From assembly GCA_964035545.1 (NCBI GenBank), contig OZ037765.1, forward strand, positions 5,280,698 through 5,344,697: a stretch of 64,000 nucleotides of DNA, read 5' to 3'. The DNA is from Bugula neritina. Its lineage: Eukaryota > Animalia > Bryozoa. Numbering within the stretch: position 1 is the stretch's first letter; each line of letters starts with the position of its first letter. A program made the position numbers and the translations under genes. The notes under the pieces were generated by a model. The model was given only the letters and a program-made list of their open reading frames with translations, searched no databases and was not told the origin of the DNA. This document shows positions 41,901 to 53,100 of the stretch, piece by piece.

Positions 41901-44900
41901 AATCTCATATAATTATAAGTAAATCAGAAAAAGCTAAAAGCAACACTCAATCAAGTCATGTTTTACTAAATCCTACACAAACCTGGCTCGAGAGAGAGTT
42001 CAGTTTTTCCTGTTTTGCATAACTTTGCCTTCCCATAAGTTGATTCTAAGCCTATTGCCAGTTTGTTTATCTGTAATATAAGTTATATTATAAGTCAAAT
42101 GTAACTAATGCCATGTGCAAGATGTATTTAATTAGGTACAGAACAATTTCTACCAGATCGCTAATCATATGCAGTAAATATGCCCAGCAAATACCCATTT
42201 AACGCTGCAAGATGAACAGTTGTAATAAATCTGCTATTTAAACAATAAAACTAATCATTCATTCTCAACACAATTTGTCAGATTTTCAAAATATAATACG
42301 TTTTTTATACATTACGTGGAAATGAGGCAAGCTACAAATGATGATCAGTAGTGTGGCTAATGTATTTATAAGTAGTGAAGCAATGGAGAAAAAATAAAGT
42401 TTCTCACATATTGGCAAGAAAACAGTTGCTATCTCGGTGAAAAGAGAAAGGTTAGAAAGAAGGAGTAGGCAAACTAGGTATTGTTTGGACTTTAGAGTGA
42501 CAGCAAGCAGTTTGCATGTAGCTTACTAGTAAAACCTTTACTAAACCATCATCCCAGACAAGTATATTATATATATTGTGCAAAACCGAACTCTGTTTCA
42601 GAACCTAAGTGGTGGTGTCATTTTAGTTGGAGAGACTTGATTGGTCGAGATCAAACAGTACAAGTAGACATTGTTGAGGGTCTTTCACCATCAATCACTA
42701 TCTCATACCAAATTAAAAAGCCTTCGGTTATTAAAATCTAATTTGAGAAATTTTTCAGTGTCTTGAATAGAATAAAAATGTCCTAACTTTTTTCCTTACT
42801 GACAAATAAAGTACAATGATAATAAAGTACACTTATTAAGAAGCAACCATTCATGAGTTGCAATGAAACATGTCAAGTTGGGACAAACATTTGATGGCTT
42901 GAAAAGTTTAAACAACAAAGTTCAGTCAAAATCTATGTAGTAAACTAAAAGAATAACTTTAGTTTTTGTTAGCTATAGATGAAGAAACTCTTCCCAATTC
43001 ATTGGCAATTCACAAATCAGTCTACCAAATTATAGTTTTTGAGTGCTGAATCAAAGAATGGTGTTTTCTTTTCAATTTTCTAAATGTAAGATTAAAAAGA
43101 AAAATTGCTGTGATAACAAAAAATAGACATTTTTACTTCAACAATAATCATGAATAATTCAATTGAAAGCAATTTTTAATCGAAAAATTTTGCCTGCTGA
43201 GAAAAAAAACTTGTAAAACCAAAGTTAATAAAGCAGCAGCTATTCAGAATTTACTAAAAGCTGCTACATACAGCACAATATCAAGTTAGGAGTCTGCAAA
43301 TTGCGCCCTCTCTCATATCTTAGAAGTGACCTACAGTTTCCCAATCCTAGTACAGCTGGTACCATCTAAATCTAAGAAGGATGTCCTGCATTGTGACATT
43401 TTTAATCCCTACTTGGTGGACAGCATAAGAAGATGCAAAATAATAATTCTACTGTCAATAGCAACACTAACAACAATAGGATTATCATCATCAAAATGTT
43501 GGTTTACATGCCACTGCTAAATGTGGGGAAATAGATGACAGGTGTACTTCCTTGTGCTAAGACCTCCAACCTAATTCTTACATAATTTATAAAATTACTG
43601 TCAGCCGATGACCGCAATATTTTTCCAAAATCCTAACAACACCAAATCAAATATGACAACAACATATATTGCAACAAGTATTTCTTAAAAACACGTTCCA
43701 TAGCTTATTTCTTGAAAACATACTGACTTTATGTACTGTTAATGCCCCTTTACAATTTTTGTGCCGAATATTTGTCTTCAAAAATGGCATTTATTATAAA
43801 AATACAAAATCCGCACTCGTGTCAATTGTTGGTAAGACATGCCTTTTAGGATAGATAGACCTTTGCCCACAATAATAAGCTGACAGCATATATTTAGCTA
43901 AAATAAATATTATTGTATACACATGCATACAGATGCTGGTACCCCGATTATAAGAGGTTTGTGCAGATTTAGAGCTTTTACTGAATGCCCAGAATCTGAC
44001 ACTTATCTTATATGGTTTCAAAAAGCATGCAGAATTTCATCCCACATTCCAATAGCTAAGAACAATATTCCAATATAAAGTAATAAAGCAAAGTCATAAT
44101 TGCACATATGTTTTATGCCAAAGTATTGAAATCACCACACCCACATAGCTATTTTAGCAGAGTGTTGTAAGTTACCTACCCGGGTGAATTTTACATCGGA
44201 CAGAGCAGCTGTACCTTTATTGGCCAACCATTTAAACTCTTTCTTCAGAGTGCTGTTCTGGAAGTTGTTGAAGTCAAAGGTTGATGCATTCTGTGCAACT
44301 TGCTTCGTGAACTCTTTCCGAACTTCGCTGTACTCCAGCTTCGAGTTAGAGTAAACAATTATTCATCATAACAAAATAAACACATAACTCTAAGAAACAA
44401 ACATAGTCATTTTAAGAAAAACAAGTAGCTACATCATATTGTCACTCAATTATTGGCACACTTACACATTTAGGAAATATTAATCACTTACAAAACAACA
44501 GTGCAGAGAAAAAAAACGAAATATTTATCATTTGTTGTTAGTGTGAAATTGTTTGACATAATTTTATTTGATTGGAGATTCTTGTCAACAATTCTCATTT
44601 GGTTTATTCATTTCATCCAAAATACGTGAAAAATAAATTTAGGAGTCATTGCTTCCGCACACCTTAAAGCAACTTCTTAGGTAACTTTAAAATTAGTACT
44701 GGTGTGAATACTAAATAATACAATATCTATATTGCCTCCATTTCATGCTATGCAGCATACACTTTTGTGATTCATGCCGATCTTCTAAGACTCACAACTT
44801 TATTCAATGCCAGGCTGTGGTAACTGATAACTCAATACAACTTCACATTTAATAATGAAATTCATAAAGAAAGTTATCAGTATTCTCGGAATAAATATAT

Positions 44901-46260
44901 ATTTTAAGCATTTTAAATAATTATAAGCTCAAGGCAAATAGCGATCATCTCTTATCAAACACTGATGAGCAAATTGGACACAAATTATTTGTTCAAACCC
45001 AGTTTGAAATTTAATCTTATTGTATGCTAAATAAAATATGCTGTTCAGTTTTATATATCTAAGAGGAGGGAAAGATGGGGAAGGGGAGAGAGGGAGGGGA
45101 GAAGGAGTGAAGAAGTGGGGGAGAGAGAGTGAAGAGAGAGGAGGGAAAGATGGGGAAGGGGAGAGAGAAGAAAGGAGGTAGAGAAGGAGCTGGGGGAGAA
45201 GGGGAGAGAAGAGAGGGCAGGGAGCAGAGAAGGGAGAGAGAGAGAGAGAGAGGAGAGAAAGGGGACAGAGAAGGAGGGGGATAGAGAAAAAGGGAGGAGG
45301 TGAGAGGAAAGAAAAGAAGGAGAGAGCCTTCATATAAACACTTAACATGACTGTATCTCACGGTATAACTTAAACTTAACTGATATGATGGAATGCTACT
45401 TTTAATTTATCTAACTTTTATTTTATGCAAATAGTTTCACTAATTTTAAGCAGAAGTACCGAATTTGTTTTTGCAACATGGAGAGCTAACCGCTGAAATT
45501 ATTTGTACAAAGTTTTAAAAATAGTATCAACAAAGTAAAGCAACAAGCCTCCCTGAAATGTAATCAAAAGCCTAAATAATTTCTAATGATTTATTTTAAG
45601 GTCAATCGTTAGTGACAGATTGCATTTGCTTTAATAATTGATTTAAAATGTATACAGCAGTGAAATTATATTGAAAAACTGAGTTATTTTGCAATGTGGT
45701 AATGTGAGCCATACAAAATAGTGGCTAAACTAACCCAATGAAAATGCATTGTTTTGTTCACATGACGTATTTTCTCTTGACAAAAACAAAACATTTTTAC
45801 AAGCCATCATTTTCACAAAAACAATATATTTACTGCATACCAACACGTCAAAGTCATTATAATTAGAATTTATGACCTGTCAGGCACTTCACAAAGCTTT
45901 CATACCAATATATACAAGTAACAGCAATTTTGTGAGTTGAATTAGCTTGTTACAACAGATTGAAAATTGGAAATTCAGATTATGAATGATAAGTGTAATG
46001 AACAGATATTGGCTTGTTAAATTTTGATAAATGGGAATTTGTAATGTTATGTCTATAATAAGCTATGCATTACAACACGGTGAACTTTCAAGGGAAATTT
46101 GCCAACATACATTTCCCACTATCAGCTGCTACATGGTTTTTTGACCATGTTAATTTGTTTCAAGCGTAAAACACAATTTCAATTGTGGATGCCTTATGTA
46201 GTTTATTTTCCTTACGTAAGCCTAGCTATAGAATGTTCAATAGTTAACCAGACATGGGGT

Positions 46261-46359
<99 letters not shown>

Positions 46360-47626
46360 CAGGTGCAATTGTTTTTCTAAACAGATAAATTTTGACTGCG
46401 TGTAGATAATTTTTTAACAAGTAGCCAGCAGCTTAACTTGCATTGTATAAAATTGTGCTTAAAGTATTGTTGTTTGTGAACTGTCAATCTTTAATTACTG
46501 CTTTGCATGTAAATACAACTTGCATAACAGATAGTAATAGTGGATATGAAGAATTACAGAGATCAAATGGAGGTGGAAAGGAGGGGGGACAAAATAGATG
46601 AATTCAAAACTTGACCCATTTGAAAGCCAAAAATACAATAAGCTTGCAAGCTGAAATATTGTATGCTTTGTTATATTTAAAAGTTAGCAACAGTATTTGT
46701 AAAAGGATATTTTCAAAAGGTATCAAAATTATACTTTTAGCGCAGCTGTTGTAATAGAAAAAGTGAAAAGAGTGAGAAAGTTTTTTCAGCAGAGTTCTAG
46801 TACTTGAAGTGCCAAAGGTCATTTAAATAGAATAGTTATCCCTGGTTAAACTGTCACAAGTTTGAGCTTGTGGCCCAATCTAACGAATTTATGCTGTTGT
46901 AACACGTGGGAAAGTAAAATTCTTAGAGGAGTAATTGAAACAGTGTTGCCCAGCAGTTGTTTCAAAGCCTAAATCTGTGAACACTATTACATGATAATTG
47001 TTATAATTATTGAAATATGAACTAGGTGGGACCAGCTGTAGCATTTAGTATGTAGTGTGCATGCTTAGTGAATAAGTAGGTTTTGCAGCTGAGACTAGAA
47101 ACTTAAAAATGTTAGGATGAGTAAAAGTTAATAAAAATTTGCATCAAATCCTAAAAAAAATTTTTGTTAATTCATATCAAAATTGAAAGTTCTTTCAAAT
47201 ACAATTATGCAATATTTACATTTAAGCTGCAGCACAACAAAAGTAATATCAAGTATGGGGTGATGTAGCTTAAGCGCAGCACAAAATGATATAACAATTG
47301 TATTATTCCATAGCCGCCAAAAATCTATTTACTTTTGTCATAAGCGTTATAGCATTATGCTAATTAGTGAAAATATATTATGAATTATGATAACAAAATG
47401 CAAATTTGTAAGTGCTTTGTACAGTGCATACCTCTCTCTGCTGGTTATAATCTGTAATATTAGTAGCATAAGCCCAGCTGATTTTAGCTCCTCTGTTTCC
47501 CACTATCGAAGCTGCATTGCTATACTCTTCAAACCATGCCCACGCCTCCTCCTCATTAGTATTCAAAGAAGTTACACATACTATTATTGCTAATAATATT
47601 AGAGATGATATTAAATATTTAGCCAT
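33679..47626 (-). CDS. ACE: Angiotensin-converting enzyme (peptidase M2), single catalytic domain, ~652 aa, 15 exons
   Basis: Exons 47626-47432, 44338-44180, 42070-41983, 41593-41450, 40569-40460, 40069-39982, 39570-39476, 38775-38606, 38217-38093, 37193-37095, 36662-36518, 35822-35724, 35339-35217, 34417-34225 and 33804-33679 total 1959 nt. There is a signal peptide plus [43 protein letters not shown] and YVRYFVS. Confidence 0.93.
33978..34200. repeat. Degenerate GT-rich microsatellite in the last ACE intron
   Basis: TGTGTATG/TGTGTG runs; these produce several spurious ORFs. Confidence 0.85.
34565..34724. mobile_element. MITE family B (~160 bp)
   Basis: TIRs GGGTGCAGTAATGGAGAAATTGAGA and TCTCAATTTCTCCACTACTGTACCT; a closely similar copy lies at 37280. 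Confidence 0.8.
35888..35971. repeat. (TA)n microsatellite
   Basis: Perfect TA run of about 42 units. Confidence 0.98.
37280..37438. mobile_element. MITE family B copy
   Basis: The first ~50 nt match 34566 onward, and the right TIR is the same. Confidence 0.8.
39805..39965. repeat. Degenerate ~20-bp tandem repeat next to an ACE donor site
   Basis: CATGAA(T/C)TTGTAGAATAGA-like units recur. Confidence 0.55.
45061..45326. repeat. Polypurine/polypyrimidine (GA-rich) tract in ACE intron 1
   Basis: About 265 nt almost entirely G/A on the + strand, with an internal duplication of GAGGAGGGAAAGATGGGGAAGG. Confidence 0.9.
46264..46357. repeat. (TA)n microsatellite
   Basis: Perfect TA run. Confidence 0.98.
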
Positions 47627-49469
47627 AGTTGCTTGTCTATCAATCTCAGCTGAACAATGAATAATCCGTTGGAGAAGCACATATAATATATACCCACGTA
47701 TCCTATTGTATAATATTAAGCAAATAAGTACCTCCCCTTTATGTAACTAGTGGTTAGGCAACTCCTAATCTACAAATATAATTAGCTTTAAATTTGATAT
47801 AATTTGCTTTACTATTATTATAAAGTTTTAGACAAATTTTATTGAAATATAATACATTTTAAACAAAATCATATGTTTATATTTGCCATCCCTTTGATAA
47901 TTTCCTTGATGGTAAGGGTTGATTTTCTTTGCTGTTAATATATTATTATTATTATAAAGTTTTGGACATTAAGTTTCAATAAAATATATAATATTTTTTT
48001 GGTATAATATGTTTATGGGCTCTATTATGGTAAAAATCTCTGATGGTAAGGGTTTTTAAGCAGGCTAAAGACTTGTTTCTATTGCCGATAAGGATCAATT
48101 ATGACCACTGAATTAAAACTATTATACAGTGTATTCCAATGACTATCGCAGAATGTTATAATCTTTAACCTTCTTGGTCTTTACTGAGATTCTGTTGCAA
48201 ATCGAGCTGCTCTCAATGAATTTAATAATCAAATATTCAAAGTCAGTTAAAAGACTGGAAAAAAAACTATGACTTACTGAAATTGAAGAGCTAAATTTGT
48301 CTAGCATATGTGTCAAACTATTAGAGCCTACTGCCTTAATGAACAAGCATAGAAACAAATATTATATTGAATTATTTGTGCTGCAAATTTCCTAGCTCGT
48401 TTACTGATGTTAAAACAGTTAAAGCAAGGTACTGTGCAATTAACTTATAGAATGAATCTAATATTATTTTCTGTGCTGTTGTATACATGTATGTGTGTGC
48501 GTGTGTGTGTGTGTGTATAATTTGTAGTTCAGCATTATTTAGCCTCAGCTTAAATCACAAATGAATGTCTGGGAGCATGCAGAAATGTATACAGTGTGCA
48601 GCCTGAGCTGAAATCCGCTCCATATATCTGGGTGCTCATTAGCCTAATTTTTTTCCAAATCTTGCAACCACTATCAGTACTGAATAAAAGCCATGTCAGG
48701 ATCCAGAACCTCTTACACAAGCTGAAGTTGGCATAATTAATTATGCTTACAAAGCGTTTCGGCTTGCCTAATAGAGTTATCCTTCTTGTCAAGACTGATG
48801 AGCTTTGCTGCTACCACTGGCCGTTTTGTCATTGATTATACTTTCACTTAGGCAGAGTCGGTGAATGACAGGCAGAATTTAATAATGATTAATTAAAATA
48901 TTTTTGAAATAATTAATAAAATATTTTTATGTAATGTAATACTCGCTTTGAATACATTCTTTCAAAAAAGCTCACCAGTGTGCCTCTACAACGCCACACT
49001 CTAAAGGTCAGACTAGTTTCGGTTTGAGTGCAGGCGCTTGTGCACGTACCTGCTGCAAACTCTTGCACGTCCCATCTTCGTGGGCGATTTTGATACTCTA
49101 TCTGAGTTTTATAAATATTTTGAAGCAATTTGCTGTAGTGTGGCTCTAATTTTAATTTCATAATTTTGCTCTTATTCTCACAGTCACAATGGTTGTTGTC
49201 CTGCTTGCAGCACATGTAGTTTTAGCTGCTTTGACCTAAGGCTAAAGTCACTAGTTACTAGTTAGTAGTTAGTGTTCGTGCAAGTGTTAGTTAAAGTTAC
49301 TGTTAGTGTGTTACTGTTAGACCTAGTGTTACACTTACTGTAGTTGAATATTAGTGTGAATATAAAATTAAATATTAATTTTGAATTTAAAATTAATAGT
49401 AATAATTATGCTAGAAATGTAAAACTAAAAGTAAATGTAGTAATGCTAATACTTGTAGTGAGTACTTGT

Positions 49470-49660
49470 ACTAATAGTAATACTTAATACTAGTAGTAAT
49501 ACTAATAGTAATACTAATAGTAATATTAATAGTATTACTAATACTAATAGTAATAGTAATATTAATAGTATTACTAATACTAATAGTAATAGTAATATTA
49601 ATAGTATTACTAATAGTAATACTAATAGTAATAGTAATAGTATTACTAATTATTACTAAT
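49470..49660. repeat. (AAT/AGT/ACT/ATT)n degenerate triplet repeat
   Basis: TAATAGTAATACTAATAG units; gives the spurious ITISI ORF. Confidence 0.85.
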
Positions 49661-50124
49661 TGAATATTCTTTAGGTTCAACTTTAATGTTGAAGTAGGCA
49701 TATCCGTCTACTATAATCTTAAATGAGTTTTTATTAATATTAAATTTTTATGAATATCTGAAATGACTTTTAAACAAAAATCAGTGTAACACTAGCTGTA
49801 CTAGTTTTTTGTATTTGCTATTTGCAAACAATATTATATGAGGTAATTTATTTGTAATAAGTTTGCTAGTGATGACCTAAAGCTAAATTAGGATAAATAG
49901 TTTTCATCTACCAAATTTTCGATGACAAGATTAATGCATTAACACAGTGAAGACACAACAAAATCAACAAATTTTGATTTTGTATCGGATTGTTGTTTTT
50001 AAAAATATTGAATCAAAACACAGATGGTTCAGGCTATGCATACATATTATACTGCAACCTTGTTATAAGTATACTGCTGTAGTAATAATTTCAAGTTCAT
50101 TTTTAGAAAGTCATGGAATAGACA

Positions 50125-53100
50125 ATGGCAGCTGCAGGGTTAAGACATCGTAGTAATAGCTATGGGAGAAACCTCCGTCTACTTAAAGGTGTTAGCGCCA
50201 TTGAAGGTGAAGACGATGAGCTGGCAACAATGATGAGTGAACCTAACTCGGCCTCACCAGCCGAGCAAAATAAGTGGCTGTTTGAAGTTGCCTGGGAAGT
50301 CGCCAACAAAGGTCTGTCTCTAAACTGGCTTACTATATTTGATTTGATATTTTTTGATGTTCTATTAGTAATTACTCTCCTTTTTACCAAGTATTTTGTA
50401 TTTAAAATCTGCTATTAGTTGCTCATGATCATTTTGTGTGATATTCAAAATGAATTTTGTGTAAGTTGAAAGATTGAAGATAAAACCATATTTATTTAGT
50501 ATTTTGTCACTTTTCACACATAAGTTCTGTCACTATATTATCTGTTTGCTCAGTGGGAGGTATATATACTGTGATCAAGACAAAGGCGGCTGAAACCGTC
50601 CTGGAATATGGAGAACAATACTTCCTCCTGGGTCCCTATAGTGAAAAGTTTGCTAAACTAGAGGTAGAGGTCATTGAAACACCATCAAACTCTGCCATAT
50701 CTGATACCATACAGCAAATGAGGTCTCACAACATTAAGGTTGGTAGTTTCTCGCTACTCTAATGCATCATTATGATATTATTTATTAGCTCATTAATTGA
50801 AATGTAGCGCTGTAAAGGAGATTTGAGAAATATTTTGTTATAGAGATCAGTGCACAGATTATTTAACTTGCAGCATTTCAAGAAATTTGCCGAACACGCA
50901 TATAACTCCTTGTGACGTGATATGAATGCATGCTGTGTGCATAATCAAACTATTTTGTTTTTTCACACAGAATATATCCACGTTTTTAAAAGCGTAGATT
51001 TCACAAGTTCAGCTGTTGATGTAATTAAACGTGTTGCGTGACTCCTAAACGTGCTGAATGACAGGTTCAATTCAATCTGTATTGACTGAGTTTTGCTCTG
51101 TTAGTCTATAATATTGAACTCTGTGCAGGTTGTGTATGGTAGATGGCTCATTGAAGGATACCCAAAAGTTATTCTGCTTGATATTGGCTCAGCTGCGCAT
51201 AAGCTGGCCGAGTGGAAGAAGGACCTGTTTGAGAAGTGCCACTTCGGCATACCCAACGAAGATTCCGAGGCCAACGACTGTTTAATATTTGGGTTTCTCA
51301 CCTGCTGGTTCATATCTGAGGTTTGAGTTTGGAGTTTTTTTCAAATAATGTTTTTAAATAATATTTTCATTGAATAATATTTGCAGTGTTATGTATGTTA
51401 ATTGTGCTACTAGTGATAGGTCTGTATGTGTGTGAAGACAACTCCTATCTCTAAGAAAATAGCATAATTTATCTGCCACTTTTTCGTGCATGTTTTTTGG
51501 TTTGCATGCTTATATTCCTTATTTTTTCAATGTAATGAATATAGTAACTGTTTTGTGAGCCACTAATCATCAATAGCTGAAATTTTTTTACAGCAATTGT
51601 TATTCTACAATTGTTAATGTATATTTATGTATATATATGTATGTATAACATATATTGCTGCATTATGTATCTGTTTTGGAAAGACACCTTAGCATATGAT
51701 ATGTCTTTTAAAGTATGTTTTTGAATATATAGAATATGAAATCTGTTACTTTAGTTCAGGCAAAGAGTCAAGACGGTTCCAGTACCCCAGGTGATTGCTC
51801 ACTTCCATGAGTGGATGGCGGGGGTGGGTCTGATTATTCTCCGCACTTCCCATGTTGACGTCGCCACGATATTCACTACGCACGCTACGTTGCTGGGCAG
51901 ATATCTATGTGCTGGCGATGTGGACTTCTATAACTACCTCGATAAGGTATAAATGAGCCACTGTTAATTGTAAACTGCCTCCATGTGTTCCACTATTGAG
52001 TGTCATTAGAACATGTTATTTGCAGTCACTTTCAAAAATATTAGGTGCATAGAAGTTGGGATAAGCTTAAAATCTGTCATTGCTATCTTATGCCAAACTT
52101 TTTTATAAAAAGTTCTCTTTTATACCCTGGAAACACAGTGTTGGAGAAGCTTGCATGAGTGTGTTGTCTGTGATAGTTTATGCATGTATCTGACAACTTT
52201 GAACCAGCATTCATTTCTACATAAATTACCATATCTGCTATAGAATTTATCTCGTCAGTGAAGGGTTCTTTGAATAATTTGTACATTAAATATCTCTATA
52301 GAGTCACAGTTTTATTTACACCGATTTGCAATATTGTTGTGTCTATAAAATGCATTTCATGCATACTGCTTAGTGTTAGAAGTTTTCCTCTCTCAGCATG
52401 TTTTTGGATAGTAACACCCACAGCACATACCTATACTATACTATACTGTATAATCTCATTGACTTCTTATGTTGTACTGCTATTCAAACTGTTATTTACA
52501 TTGTCTCACATTGATGAGTGTATGCTACACTATACTTTACTTAGTGTACGTACACTCGGACTTACTAAACGTACACTAATATTTACCATGCATATAATCA
52601 TACTTACTAAACATTCACTCATACTTACTATGAATACACCTTGAACTTATATATACACTATCAATATGTACCTGAAGTTTGAGCTGGACAAGGAGGCTGG
52701 GGAGAGAGGGATATATCACAGATATTGTATGGAGAAATCTGCAGCTCACTGCTCTCACGTGTTCACCACCGTATCCCACATCACTGGCATTGAATCGGAG
52801 CATTTGATTGGTCGGAAACCTGGTGAGAATTCTCTAGCACAGGAGTGTGTGCATTATCTGTCATAGTCAATTTATTATAAATAATTTTCTGTTTACAAAT
52901 TTCAATTTTGAGCCAAAGTTATTATTTTCTAGATAACCGTAATGCTCTTTGCGCAACTTTCTTTTGGAAACACAGAGTGTACAGTATTGTAAAAAGCTGG
53001 GCATATTTTGTTATATATATGAGAGCTCAGTATTTACAATTTGTTTATCTAGATTTTGTGATGCACGTAACTCGTGTACATTGCAGATTGCATCACCCCT

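Noticed and set aside
43920-44000. ORF segment [21 protein letters not shown] resembling ACE exon 1
   Set aside because: Short weak similarity, wrong exon order and no compatible splice sites.
44929-45361. Pro/Ser/Leu-rich ORFs
   Set aside because: Polypyrimidine tract artefact.
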